A stretch of DNA of 64,000 bases from Torpedo marmorata (GCA_977017645.1 OZ360241.1:38254001-38318000), one strand, 5' to 3'. Shown: positions 23,897-38,381, counted from the first letter of the stretch. Notes: generated by a model not told the origin, from the letters alone. A program made the numbers and translations.

Positions 23897-25664
23897 CTGG
23901 ATTTGTTCAATACTAGTTAATATATTAAAATATAATTCATTGCTTCAGTCAAAACATTGAAAAAGAGAAAACAGGTTTGTTTTTTTTAGGAGAAAAAAAT
24001 TTCAACCTTAAACTGCATTTTGAACTTAACAAATCCAGGTTTTGGTGGGGATACTGGTGAAGAAATCCCAGTTCCTATAATGTTCTTTAATACTTAAGCA
24101 CAAGCTCAAAATGAAGAAATACAAGTAAACATCTTGCAATGCAGAATCAAGTTGGGCAGCAACTGTTTAACTTCCAATGACATTTCTCTGTACTGCACAA
24201 GAAATCCTCAACATTAGAGATATTGAAAGGCAAACAAAAACTGCAGTTCCTATAAATATAAACAAGAAGAAAAACTGTGGGAAGTATTGACTTGCTGAGT
24301 CTTTCCCATATATTGCATGTCAAAATTTTAAAGCAAGCTTTTAGCAAAGATCAGGTAACATTCTGTAACAGCGTGGGGGGTATAAAAGAGTTGTACCACA
24401 TTGCTGAAAAAAGCTAACAACAAATAAAAATAAAGAATTACAGGATTTATCACTTGAGCCATTGCTCTCTATGGTCCAAAATAGCTGCAGTGAAAATCCA
24501 AAGGAATTGGTAACAAAGAAAATTCAGCAACTTTGAAGAGATCAACTATGATAATTCTCCCTCCAAAAGTCAACTTCCTCATCCACAGCACAACACTAAT
24601 CAAGACCACAAACGATATGCTATAGAAGTGCAACACAATTTCAAATTATTCATTTCTTTCATCCTCCATCTTTACATTCATCTCTCTCTAGCACAATTCA
24701 CGTGAAACACAATATGCCAATGTAAAAACAGCATGTTGCATCCAGGGCTTGGTTTCTTTCATTCATGTAATTTCCAGTGCAATTGCAATTAACTTTCAGT
24801 TACCTTCTTTCCATTGCATGAAGTAACACAGGAGCAGCTTTTACATGCAACGACATTCTACTCAGGCACCCAAAGGTTGTGCTGCAATGCCTGCAAATGC
24901 CTATTTATCATCAAGATATGAGCTAAATCTCTCTTCACCTAAAGAATGACAAAACTGAAGGCACGTCACCTTCCATCAACACTTCCTACTTTCAGTCCAT
25001 CAATTCACTCAGCTGTTATTTCAAACTACAACTCGCACGAACTTCAGCATTCAGCTCAATCAGCTTCCACTTCTGGAGCAACATTTTTTTTTCTATATCA
25101 AATCTTCAAGCCCCGCCTTCATGAAATCAAAGTTGAATATCCCCCATCCCCTTCTGGCTGCAACTTGGATCAATCTGAATATTCCAACAACTGAATTCAT
25201 ATTAATCGACTTTAAATTCTGTATTCCACAAATTACTATCCTTGCCCGATACCATGGATTAAGTGAAACATTACATCCATTTCAACGTTTTATTTCTTCT
25301 TTTCAAACCATGCATAGCATCAATGCCATCTCAAGTGATTCCTGCATTGACCCATTACATCCTGGTTCCAAACAGGACTTGACATCTACAGCAATTCATT
25401 CACACATTTGGTCAGGTTTTGTAGAATTTTCAGGTTCCCAATTCTTTACTGCTTTTCGACACATACCTGAAAAACTCCTACCTTCTGCCCCAAAGTCATT
25501 ACAATTAGCCAAAAACTCCACGCCCTCTTCACTATCCACATTACATCCTTACCACTGTTGATGAATAAGACCATTGGTTTCGTATTGGTTTACTCCAATA
25601 TAACCTTTGGGCTAATTATCCATATTGCCACCAACCAGCAATGGTTAAGCAAAGCTGACATGGA

Positions 25665-26645
25665 GACGAGAGACTACAGATGCTGAAATCTGGAACAGAA
25701 AATAAACTGCTGGAAGAACTCAGAGGGTTTAGCATTATCCCTGTGGGGAGGGAAAGAAATGGTTGACATTTTGGATCAGGACTGCATCAGGACCAAGAGT
25801 GGAGCAGGAAGATAGCTTGTACAAAGGGAGGAGGGGTGAGGTAGGTGGACTGAAAGGGGATGAAGGATGATGGGCAGACGGAGACAATTGGAAGGGGGAG
25901 GAGGTGAAGCTGGGAGACAGAAGCTAGGGTGTGATTTATGGGTGGGCAAAGTAAAGCAAAAAGGCAGATGGAGACAGGTGGGGGAGGAGTGGGTGAAGGT
26001 GGAGACAGCTAGCAGGGGGATAAGCAGGAAAGCAAAGGCTAGCAATGTTGGAATTGGAATTGTAAGGAAGGTGTTAATGGGAACCATTGGGGAGAGGTGA
26101 AGAGCAGACAGAATCAGATGGTCAAGGGGACACGGTGTGGGAACTGGACCGGTAAGTAGGTGGATGGAAGCAAATGTTTGGCAGTGGGGGAAAGGAGATG
26201 AAAAAGGGGATTAAAATGGGCAGACCAGAAGAAGGCAAAAATTAATTATTCACCTCACTGGATTGCATACTACACAGGTGAATACAAAGCATTGTGCTTT
26301 TAGTCTGTATTGGGCATCACCCTAGCTATGCTGAAGGTCAATCACAGATAAGCAAGTGTGAGAATGGGAAGGTGAGTTGGAATGGCTCTACAAATCGGTT
26401 GCCTAGTCTGCGCTTGTTCTCACCGATGTAGAAGAGGCCACATCGTGAGCACCAAATGCAGTAGGTAAGGCTGGAGGAGGTACATCACTTTGAAGGGTTG
26501 TTTAGGACCCTGGATAGTGGTTAAGGAGGTGCGAGAACAAGTGCTGCACCTCCTCTGGTTGCAGCGGAATCTGTCAGGGGTGAGGGATGGGTGGGTGGGG
26601 AGAGATGAGCAAACCAGTGAGTCACAAAGTGAGTGGTCCCTGCAG
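25665..26645 (-). mobile_element. Degenerate Penelope-like element 3' fragment
   Basis: RDHSLCDSLV...RCSTC...TIQGPKQPFKV parallels the element at 61826-64000; same terminal repeat (TGCTGGAAGAACTCAG). Confidence 0.75.
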
Positions 26646-28665
26646 AAGGGTGACATGTTGCTCTCGACATCTAACCTTTTGTTGCTCCTAGATTGACAAT
26701 ACAAACTCCCTCAGTCAAATCTCTAAAAACTTGATGTCATACACTGCCCAAACTATAATTTGCACTATGTTTAGTTCATTTGTTAAGTACTTCATGACCA
26801 ACACTGGCTCCTGGTTGAATCATGATTAGATCTGAAAATACTCATTCTCGTTTTCTATTCCCTTGCTCTTTCCTGTCTCAGCAACTTCTTCCAGTTCTTT
26901 AACTCCACTTTAGAAGCACTCTTCCAGTACAGATCTCTATCAACCCAGAATATAAAAGCTCCATCTTTACAGTCTTGTCTTGGCAAGTAAGTACTACATT
27001 GTGGGATTTGCTCCCTTAACCTGCCTGCCACACTACTATATTTATGGGCTTTGAGTTTCTCTTTAAACTTGCTCTGACCATTTTTTTTGTCATCTGCCCC
27101 AATCTTTCTTTTGTGACTCTTGACTGATAACAATCATTCAGAACCCTGGGATGGTTTGAAGATGCTCTAACATGAACAAACTGCTGTTATTGTTGTGCCT
27201 TTGGTCTCCCAACCCAACCTCTTATTCTTCATGATTGAAGTTTAAGGTGAAAAGAGACCAATATAAAAGTATTCAATCCTTGCCTTATCTAGTTGGATGT
27301 AATGGAGTTAAAAATAAAATTAGTTTTACCAGTAGTATTCCATGCGGTTGGCCTAACCAGAGGGGGAAATACTTTGGTCTTGTAGACTGCAATCTTCAGC
27401 CGAGATCAAATGAAGGTTGCTCAGCTTCAAGGGTCTATCCGCAGATTTTGCCGTAACAGAGACCTGTCACATCATACCAGTTTTTGGTTAATAATGTGTA
27501 AGGAATCTGAGATATTTAACATCTGCCAGGTCTTTCAACACATCTTTAAAGTGGCGCAACAGCAAAAGGCCGAGATGGTTTCACTGTGTCCATGGTTCCA
27601 CTTGCCAAGGAATCATTTTAAATGACACACAAACTCAGTTGTGCTACCATGGAGTGAGCTTTACCATTGTTTCTTGATGCTGAATAAATTCAAATCCAAA
27701 GTTTGAGCAGAAACTGCAGTGTCCAGTTTGCACAACTTTCAATCCATTATTGTAGACAAAACATTACTTGGGCTGCTAGTCAATCACCATAAATTCTGCA
27801 CAACGTTAATTAGAATGTTTCATTCACTTGATTCATTGTAATTAGCTGTCAAAAGTAGAGGAAAAAAAGCACCTGCAAACCATATTTGACTATCACTTGG
27901 CTATTAAGAATTTTCACTTTGGCAAGTCCACATGCAATATTATTTCCATGTTAAATCAAATAAAATTAAATAAATCTGTCATTGTTATTCAGATCACTCT
28001 TCATTCATTCCACCACCTATCATCTCTCAACCCAAAACAAGCACTAACTTTCAATTTGCATCCATTTTATTTTAAAAAAAAATTTCTTTGTACCCAACTC
28101 AATAATTCAAAGCAGCACTCAAAGACTTCACAAACTTAATCTCAAATAAGATTCTAACTTTGTACAAAGCAAATTGGGTACAAGTTCTCTTGATAACCAT
28201 TCTATGCTTTCTTATAGGTTTCAACATGTTTAGTATTTATGGAAAAGAAAAATCCATTTTATTAGGAACACTCTGATGACCTGTTTCAATTCCTTTGGAA
28301 ACTCAGGACGTATTACTAAATATATGCATTTAGGTTTGTCGTAATGGATCCAAGATGCCTGCTGTTAACATTCAAGTGGGTAGTAAGTTACAACAGCAGG
28401 AGGTAATGTAGCCACATTGAAAGCTGATCAATAGAGACTACAAATTAGATGAAAGCTTTTCATGTGATGGAAATGCAAAGGATATGATCAGCTGGTTCTT
28501 GAATTTTGTCAGATGAAATAGGAGAGTTGAAGAACAAAGTTGTTACAAAAGGGAAATTCCAGGTTACATATGCAGGTTTAAATCCAGCCACGTGCAACAT
28601 TCAAAATTCTATCATAATCGAAGCCCAAAAATAGGGTTTATATTCTACCTCAAAGTAAATTTCTC

Positions 28666-29250
28666 ATGGCAAATTTCTACAGAGGTGTGACGGAAAATGT
28701 GCTGACCGGCTGCATCATGGTCTGGTATGGGAACACCAATACCCCTGAGCGTAAAGCCCTCCAAAAGGTAGTGGACACAGGCCAGGACATCACAGGCAAA
28801 ACCCTCCCCACTATTGAGTACATCTACAGGGAACGCTGCCGTCGGAGGGCAGCAGCAATCATCAAAGACCCACACCACCCAGCACACGCTCTGTACTCGC
28901 TGCTACAATCAGGAAAGAGGTATAGGTGCCACAAGACTCACACCACCAGGTTCAGGAACAGCTGCTACCCCTCCATCAGAATTCTCAACGACAAAGTCAA
29001 TCAGAGACTCATTTAAGGACTCTTACTTGTGCACTTTATTGATTTTCTTGGTTCTCTCTGTATTGCAGTTTGTTTACATTCGTTATCTGTTTATAGTTCT
29101 TTTATTTGCTTACATGTTTACGCTGTGTAGTTTATTTTTTGCACTACCAATTAGTGGTAATTCTGCCACGCCCGCAGGAAAAAGGAATCTCAGGGTTGTA
29201 TGTGATGTGTTGTATGTACTCTGACAATAAATCTGAAATCTGATCTGATA
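28666..29250 (+). mobile_element. Rex1/Babar-type non-LTR retrotransposon 3' end
   Basis: NFYRG...LTGCIMVWYGN...IIKDPHHPAH...SGKRYR...TTRFRNS (C-terminal DUF1891-like region); tail AATAAA(TCTGA)n. Confidence 0.85.
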
Positions 29251-29968
29251 GTAACTACGTCTTTTTTATCCATGAAAGCAGCCAACATAAAGAACCCCCA
29301 TCACCCTAGTAACAACCTCTTCTCACTGCTACTCACAGAAGAAGTAACAGAAGCCTGAAGTCCTGAACCTCTAGTTCAAGAATAGTTTATATTCCCCAAC
29401 AGCTATCAGGCTCTTGAACCTCCCCTTACCACCCTAACAATAAACTACACCGGACCACAAAAAGACTAGTCTGCATTAATGCACAATTTCATTTACAGAA
29501 CATTTTTTCTTGCACTAACTGTAATTATGAATATTATATTTTATATTTATCTCTTTTCCGACTGGGGTAATCTAATGTATATTATCGTAGTTTTTTACAA
29601 AAGTGCATATGTGCATTGCCTTTATGTGTATGACAATAAACTCATCATTAATACTGAAGGCTCACAAAATTATAATTTATGTCAACTATCAAAGAAACGT
29701 AGGTGCTGAAACAAGGATGAGATTAACAGTCTTCGGTGAAACAGTACGGATTAAACCCAGAGCAATTGGCTGACTTTGCATGTCGAGACTGACAATTAAA
29801 ACAAATATTAAAGCAATAGGTAGACAATACACAGGAATGATGGAAACAAGTTAGGGAGAAGATGTTGGAGGTACGATAGCTTCATAAAGAGTAGAAAGAA
29901 CCAAAATTAAATTTACAGTCAAGAACAGCCATGCAAATAGACAAACACCAAAATGTAGCATAACTCAC

Positions 29969-30082
29969 CTAGCAGCTTCTGTAGTGCAGGTGGTGTAGGA
30001 CCCAGTAAAAACTGATTGGGTGAATAGCGTTGCACTTTGGGAGGTAGTTGGTAAAATGGACTATGAGGTGACTTATAAGCAT
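29969..30082 (-). CDS. DOT1L: DOT1L exon 15 (AYKSPHSPFYQLPPKVQRYSPNQFLLGPTPPALQKLL)
   Basis: 114 nt, tcag / gtgagt ends. Confidence 0.96.
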   Translation of the reverse strand: MLISHLIVHFTNYLPKCNAIHPISFYWVLHHLHYRSC

Positions 30083-31135
30083 CTGAAAAACAAAAGCAAT
30101 GGACTGGAGGTTTTCCTGAGCTATAAATGTTATAATTATAACTTACAATTAACCATGTGATTTAGCTAATGGCACACCAAAGCAGCTTTCTCAACAACAT
30201 TATTGAAGATTGCCAAAAATGGTTTAAAAAAAGCTGAAGGAGCACATTGATGAAACACCAAAATAAGTACTTAACTCCATCTGTTATAATTAAAGACCCA
30301 AATTAGTACCCATTAGACAAGACCAATGTCACAAGTTTAAAAGTGCAAATAAATTTTAATTGCAAGTTATTATGCCAAAACAATGAAAAACATGCCATTC
30401 AGCCATATTTAACATAATTGCACTATCAATATTTTCATTTAGTTGTCAATTACTAAAGCATGGTTCTAGGTCTGCCTAATTCCATGCAAGGTTTAGATAC
30501 GTTATATTTTCACCAGTAAATCAATTTTTCTCAATCCCAACTTGGTCCATGATAGTGGATATTGAATACTTATGTAAATAGCAGAATGGTTATTTTAATT
30601 TGAAAGAGTGTACTTTATATAGCAAAGATAATGATACATAACCAACATTTCTGGCTTGTTATGTATCTTTATGTTTGCTATATAAAGTACAGTTTGACCT
30701 GCTGAGTTTCTCCAGCGTTGTATTTTTACTTCAATCACGGTGTCTGCCGACTCTCGTGTTTTACTCACTTAGAAAGTAAACTTTCTCAGAAACATGAAAA
30801 AATGACAAGTTAAATTTAACACTTACCTGTTAACTAATAGTAAATTTCAGTTAAGACCACAATTTATGGAAGCAGAAGTAGGCCATTTGGCCCATCGAGT
30901 CCTCTCTGCCATTCCATCGTGAGCTGATCCATTCTCCTACTCAGCCCCACTCCCCAGCCTTCTCCCCATAATCGTTGATACCCTTATTCATCTCCAAGTT
31001 TTTCCAAAACTTTAGCAGACAAGTTACACAATAGTTAATAAGACAGAGCTTACAATGCAGAGGTCTGTACACCAATGGAAACTATGAGGGATTTTCAATT
31101 TCTCCATAAATTAAGTCAGAACTCAGATTATAATA

Positions 31136-31838
31136 CTGTAAAATCCCAGTATCTGGAATTCAAGCAACTGGCAACCCCAAGCAACTGGCAAAAAAAAGGA
31201 AATAAATAAATAATTTAAAAGTTTTAAATACGTTTAAAATTGTAAAAGTAAATGTTCTCCGAAGCAACACACAATCCCTTGGTGAAGATAGGAGCAAACA
31301 TTCAGCCAGCGGAGCGCCCTGGTCGTACCGCACCCGCAGCAGCTGTTTGAATAAAGTTGTGTTTGAATAAAATGGCATCGACCATGATGAAGAGCCAGCC
31401 GGTCGATGCCGCTTGCCGCTGGGGCGACTCTCCCAAAGTGTCTCCCTATCCCTGCCAAGTAAGTCTATCTTTATCAGTATTAAGTATATTAGTAAAGCTT
31501 TATCTGTAAACTTGTGGGGGGTGGGGGGTTAATTATGATGGCAGCATGGTTAGCGCAACGCTGTTGCAGCCCCAGCGACTGGGGTTCGAATTTAAATTTA
31601 AATTTTGTAAGTTTATGGGTATTACCTGATTAAAGTGAACTTTACATAATTAAGGTCTACAATACTGGGTTTTTTTCAAATTATTTTACATTTTGCACTG
31701 TTTTTTGTCTTTTAAATTGTTTCTTCTTAATGCAGGTATATTAGTTAGGCATTGAAAGAGTATGTCTCAGGCAACCGGAAAATTTACATATCCGGCATCC
31801 GCACACCCCGTAGATGCCGGATACCAGGGATTTTACTG
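31136..31838. mobile_element. Longer Tigger/pogo-like non-autonomous element carrying a SINE head
   Basis: TA-flanked TIRs CTGTAAAATCCCAGTATCTGG / CCGGATACCAGGGATTTTACTG; subterminal sequence shared with the 2268 and 15200 MITEs. Confidence 0.8.
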
Positions 31839-31930
31839 TAATTAGCAGCAATTTATCAGCAATCTATCTAGAACTGCAAATGTTAACTATATTTGGTTTA
31901 AAAAGACAAGCTAATACAATAATCTAATCA

Positions 31931-32281
<351 letters not shown>

Positions 32282-32719
32282 TTACAATTACTAGGAGAGA
32301 AATGTCTTTTTTTTTTTTATTGCTCACTCAAAACAAGTCAAATTTCCAGCTAAAAAAATTGGCATTTCACTTAATACAGATGTCTTCTAAGATCCAAACA
32401 ATCAATAAGATAAATATAACAAAAATAGTATTTAGGAAAAGCTTAATAATATGTACTTCACTTAGTGCCTTATCCATTAATAACTTCACTAAAATAACTA
32501 GACTGTGCCTGCAAAAGGCAGAAGTAAATACTGAGGAGAATAAGAACACAAGATACCAGCAAAGATTTTTCAATAAAAGATGGCATCATTAAAACCTTAA
32601 ACCCATCAGAAAAACAATCTTCTCTGGTAACAGTCTTAAGGTGAAATATAGCCAATAATTTATTACAAGAAAATTCTGAAAACTAAAAACTGAAATTCAG
32701 GGAAGCATTTAGAATCAGG

Positions 32720-32880
32720 TGTTCAGTGCCCTTCAGAAGAGGAAATCTGCCATCCTTGCCTGGTTTGGCCCACTTGTGACTCCAATGTGATTGGCACAGG
32801 ACCTCTGAAAAAGTCCCACACTCAGTTCAAGGACAACAAGGGATAAGTGGCAAATATTGGCTTTTCCACCTATGCCTAGA
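32720..32880 (+). mobile_element. Old SINE remnant with Deu-domain-like core
   Basis: GGAAATCTGCCATCCTTGCCTGGTTTGGCCC...GTGACTCC resembles the Deu-SINE core as recalled; a related remnant lies near 57840-58140. Confidence 0.45.
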
Positions 32881-33075
32881 ACCGACACTGCCCAAAAAAA
32901 ACAAAAACACGTCTGACATCCAACATAAATGGGGATTATTGCAAATTGAAATGGATTACAAAGAGATTGACATGCTTGATGATAAACTGTAATCAACAGC
33001 TACCTAAACAGTGTTTCCAGTTGCCCTTTGAAAATGAGATAGGCCATGAAATGTATTTCATTAAACACACATCAC

Positions 33076-33153
33076 CTTGGTTGGAGTTGTTGTACTACTC
33101 TTATTCTCTTTGTTTTCCTTTTGTTGTCTTCGCCTAGCTGCCTCTTGTTCCTC
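33076..33153 (-). CDS. DOT1L: DOT1L exon 13 (EEQEAARRRQQKENKENKSSTTTPTK)
   Basis: Acceptor ttacag; donor AAG/gtgatg; phase 0/0; the frame closes shortly after the donor. Confidence 0.88.
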
Positions 33154-34089
33154 CTGTAACCAAATATCATAATTCAAATCATACTATGGAGTACATATTC
33201 ATGAATTAGAGTTATCGAGTTCTACAGCACAGAAACAGAGCCTTCCGTCCAACTTGTGAGTACAGACTGAGCTGGATTCAGCCCATATCCATCGAAACTT
33301 TTCTTACATATAATACACACAACTTGAGATTTATCACAAATCAAGGGTGTCAGTGTCAAATGAAATACACAAAAGTGCTGGAGAAACTCAAGTGTCAAAT
33401 TAACTTTGTTTTGAAAAACAGAAAACATCGAATTTCATTTAAACCTGCAGAAGACCCAAGTGAAGAACATCACTCAGAAAGAACAAGAGACATTTATTTC
33501 ACTCTTGCTCTGCACTATATATTTTGGTAATGGACAAGATGGTTAAAAGAAAATAAATATATTAATACACAGGATTAAAAATCAGAAAGATATAGCAGAA
33601 AACATTTGGTGAAAAAGAGAAACAAATACTGCAGGTGCTGGAATCGAGTGAACAAAGAGGCTGGAGAGACTAGGTGGGTCAGGCAGCATCTGTGGAGAGA
33701 AGTTGAATGTAGCTTCAGTGGCAGAGTAAGGCTTAAGGTAATACTACTACCTCATCTCCAGCAACCCAGTTTCATCCTGACCTCCAATGCTTTATGGATG
33801 TACATCAACTCAGATCCCAAAGAAATCTTGTTTGATAGGTTAAATGGTTACTGCAAGTTATCCTGAGAGTAGGTTGGTGGTAGTCAGAAGGGTACCAATA
33901 GGGCATGAGAGACAGAACTGGTTTCAAGGAAATGCATGGGAAATGGGTGGAATGTGTCATGAGATCGTTATGATAGCCAGAATAGATGCAGTAGGTCAAA
34001 CGGCCTCTTCATATGTAATAAGAAAACTAAGGACAACATGAATTATCTTAATGGGACACATGAACAGCTCCTGGGAATCAGGAGAGAGT

Positions 34090-34445
34090 GAATAGCCTGG
34101 AACCATTCTCATTGGAGTTTGGAAGGATGAGGGGAGATCTTAAAGAAACAAAATTATGAAAGGAATAGATAAGATAAAAACAGGGAGGTTGTTTCCACTG
34201 GATTAGAACAAGGAGGCAAAGCCTCAAGGTTCAGGGGAGTAGATTAAGGAACTGCTTCTCCCAGTGATTAGTGAATCTGTGGAGTTCTCTGCCCAATGAA
34301 GCAGTAGATGCAGCCTTACTAAATGTATTTAAGACACAGATTTTGAATAGTAGGGGAATAGGTAGGTGAGTGGATCTGTCCACAGCTCAATCAGCCATGA
34401 TCTAATTGAATGGTAGTGCAGGCTCAATGGGGCAAATTATGTTCT
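34090..34445 (+). mobile_element. CR1 LINE 3' fragment
   Basis: Degenerate SLEFGRMRGDL region, VNLWSSLP motif and tail. Confidence 0.75.
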
Positions 34446-34755
34446 TGTACCAATTCACAGATTTTCACATTAATAAAATTCATTTTTGAATTAATAGATT
34501 AATAAATGCTCATCATTGCAAGTTTACTCATGTTTAATCTTCTCCAAAAGATATTTCCACTGGTTAAAGAATTTGAAGATTTTTTTTATTAATATTTTCA
34601 GATGATTATACTTCTACAGGTGTACAAAGGTAAAATAATATAACACGTAAAACAAGTGCAAAAAACAAAACTATAGATGCGTAACAAAAATTAGTCAAGA
34701 ATAAACATTCTGGCAACGTTGACTGCAACAATTTTAACAAGCTTAAAAAACTTAC

Positions 34756-34797
34756 CCTGAGTTTTGGATTTTTGAGACTAGAAAAGTAGTTTTCAAG
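34756..34797 (-). CDS. DOT1L: DOT1L exon 12 (LENYFSSLKNPKLR)
   Basis: 42 nt, same peptide as human, tcag / gtaagt ends. Confidence 0.96.
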
Positions 34798-35784
34798 CTG
34801 AAATGGAAAATAAAAACAAATGATTTGCTATCTTCCAGTTGTGACTCAAAAGGCAATACACAAATTGACTACCAATTTGATCACCCAGCAAAGGAAGCTG
34901 CATAGTTGTAATAAGTGAATGAAAGCATTGCCACACTCTTATTTATTGTCAGAGTACATACATGATATACAAAGATTCCACCACGAACTCACACACCTCT
35001 CACTCCCAGCAACAAAATGTGGCCCATCACTCGTGATCTGATCTACACATTCATAAGAAATAGTAGCAGTAGGCTATTTGCCCACAGGTGCCAGCTCCAC
35101 CATTCAATAACATCTTTCCTGACCTTCCATCTCAGTGCTACCTTCCTGTATTTCCCAATATCCCCTTAATAACCAAAAGTCTATCGATTTCGGTCTTAAA
35201 CATAATCTGCAACCAAGCCTCCACTGCCATCGTCAAGTTCAAGTTTAACTGTATTGTCAAATGCATTGAAAATGCAGTGATAAGGGTCATTTTGCAAACA
35301 TACCAGTAGACTTTGCATACAAAGTACAAGAGAGTACCAAAGTGCAATTATAAGGAGAGATCAGTTGGTATGGAGCAACGCAACATAACTTCACTATTTT
35401 GTGGTTCATTCAGAGTCTGATGGTGGGAAAGAACCTGTCCTTAAATCTGGTGGTGAGTGATCTCACACTCTGGAATCTCCTTCCTGACTGGCAGAGAGGT
35501 GCAGAGAATACCAAAAATTTACTCCTCTCTTCATTTCTTCATCTCAGTTTTCCCAAATTGCAGACCTCTTATTTTCAGAGAGTGAACTCCATAAGTTTTA
35601 CACCTGCATCAAGTTATAAGGATTTATATTTCGAAGAGATCACTTTGTTCCTTTGAACAGCATAAACGCAGTTTGCACAATCCCTCCTCAGAAGTAAGGT
35701 GACCCATCCCAGGAATTAAACTGATAAATCTCCTCTGTCACAAGTGCAGTAAATCTCCAATACACTAAATTTTTAAAATTTTTA

Positions 35785-36007
35785 AATTTAGACATACAGC
35801 ACGGTAACAGGCCCTTTCGGCTCATGAGCCCATGCGACCCAATTGACTACAATCCCGGTACGTTTTGAACGGTGGGAGAAAACCAGAGCACCCGGAGGAA
35901 ACACACGCAGACACGGGGAGAATGTACAAACTCCTTACAGACAGCGTGGGATTCGAACCCCAGTCCCGATCGCTGGCGCTGTAACAATGTTGCACTAACC
36001 GTGCCGC
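35785..36007 (-). mobile_element. HE1-like V-SINE
   Basis: Reverse-complement copy with B box. Confidence 0.9.
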
Positions 36008-36089
36008 CTCTACTATTCTATTATTTAAAAAATGCTGATGGTTTGGGATTTGGTTCACTTGGTTTCTTGCTCTCCTTTTAAACTCCCTT

Positions 36090-36560
36090 AGGCCCTGTTC
36101 CTGCACATGCTGCAGCCTCACTGGGACCCTGTTCCTGCTGCAACCTCACTGGGGCCGTTCCTGCACATGCTGCAACCTCACTGGGGCCTATTCCCTGCGA
36201 ATCCTACAAATTCACCAGCCCCCGTTCCCTGTGCTTCCTTCAAACTCACGTGGGCCACATTTCCTGAACTTCTTTTAAACTCAACAGAATCTCATTTCCT
36301 ACATTTCTTTGAACTCATCAGGGTCCATTTCCCATGCACCTTCAATATCATCAGCCCATCTCCGAGTTTCCTTTAAACTTACCGGAGCCCTGTTTTTGCA
36401 CTCCATTTGAACTCATCAGGACCGTATTCCTGAGGTCCTTTTCACCTCACTGGAGCCCTATTCCCATGCATCTTTTAAACGCATCAAAACTTTGTTTCCC
36501 ACATTCCCTTTAAACTGACATGGTTTTGTTTCCCATGTGCCCTTTAAACTCATCTGGTTT
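36090..36560. repeat. Degenerate minisatellite of about 28-33 bp
   Basis: Recurring CCTGTTCCTG...CTCACTGGG and TTTAAACTCA units with progressive divergence. Confidence 0.7.
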
Positions 36561-37144
36561 ATTGGAAAGTTTATGGTACCATTGTGCAACATCTAAAAAT
36601 GAGTGAATTCTGGTGGAGTAATAACAGTAATATTCTGCTGGTCTGTCACCAAAGTGCTCAGGGTGCTGGAGTTTCACTGTGAATCCATCCTTGGGTAGGG
36701 AGAACAGACTGATATGGAACCAAGCGCTCCATGTAGTAGGACATCTTTAGTCATACTAAAATCCTCTTGAAATAAAGGTCAACGCAACTTCTGCCTTCCT
36801 AACTGGTGGAGCACCTGCACTTTAATTTTGTAACTCTTGTACAGAACACCCAGATTCCCTGGGAATACCAACACCTTACAATTTCTCAACATTAACTTCC
36901 TCAATGCGTTATTTTAAGATGATCCTTAAAATCCAGATCTTTGACCAAGAAAGATCTTGCTCAGCATCCTTAATGCATCCTAAATGATCAAGTATCAAAT
37001 TGCTTGAATTCTCCCACAAAAGTTTGTGCTAATCAAATAACTGTCATGAAAAAAGTTGGACTTTTTTTTAAACCATTGATGTTTCTCCTGCAGACACCAA
37101 GATACACATAATCCTACATCCATCGCACAAAACCATTGAGACTA

Positions 37145-37411
<267 letters not shown>

Positions 37412-38257
37412 CTAACATTTTCTTCGCTTTCTTAATCAAGTTTAAAATTGAGTGCAGTAACTGAAAATCAACAAGCCGACTTCCTTCTATAAATCACTGT
37501 GCAAATGTATTCCAATTGTGCTGGATATAGCTCAGATTATTTCCCTGTTTCTTTAACAAGCAAAATGTGAAATGATCCAAAATTGTCACCCAAAGCATTT
37601 AAAATATTGAAAAAAAACTTTTAAAAATCCAAAGATTTTGCAGATTAAACAACCAGACTTCTAAACATGCCCTAATGCATCTTCATTTGAAAACATTTGC
37701 GTTAAGTTCAGTGAAAAACAGAAATCCTTCCCCCTCAATGTAATCAGTTTCTGTGTCAAGTTGTCATTCTGAATAGCAAAAGTAGTATTTATACCCATTT
37801 GTAATTTGCACCCACATGCTCCTTCTAACAAGTGATATTCTATCCAAGAGAGAAAGTACACTCTGTATCTCTCTTGACAATCATAATAAATGCTCATTAT
37901 CATGACAGAAATGCACGAATCAGAAACTTGTCTTTTGCAAAAGCTTCAATAAACCACCCATTGCCACCCACCAATCATATTCTGTCTCTCATACATCTTC
38001 TCACATAGGACCAACACCTATGGCAGAAATTTTAAACATACCAACTATTTTTAGGCTTTCGTTCCTGAAGTTCTCTTAAACTAATTTCCAATCTATTGCA
38101 AAGCATCATTAGCCTATACTTCTGACTCTTTTAGCCATCTCTTAAATATTGTTCTGCATCTGTGCTTTCTGAAGTAGCTTAGGACGATCCCTCTATAAAA
38201 GCAACAACACCTAACTATATGTTTTGTTCCTAATTACTGAAATATTATAAATTTTTA

Positions 38258-38381
38258 AATTAGACGTACAGCATCATAACAGACCGTTCCAGCCCACGAG
38301 CCCGTGCCGTCCAATTAACCTGCATTTTGAAGGGTGGGAGGAAACCGGAGCACCCGAGGAAAACCCACGCAGACACAGGGA
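38258..38381 (-). mobile_element. HE1-like V-SINE, 3' half (5' half at 45193-45271), split by the LTR element
   Basis: ...AGACACAGGGA | GAACGTACAAACT... rejoins into the SINE consensus across the insertion. Confidence 0.9.

Noticed and set aside
31374-31410. Stem followed by ATGATGA as a C/D-box snoRNA
   Set aside because: No D box (CTGA) before the closing stem, too short, on the strand opposite the host gene, and inside a transposon
36090-36560. Regularly spaced repeats as a CRISPR array or coding repeat
   Set aside because: Whole units are degenerate copies of each other with no unique spacers; an ordinary minisatellite
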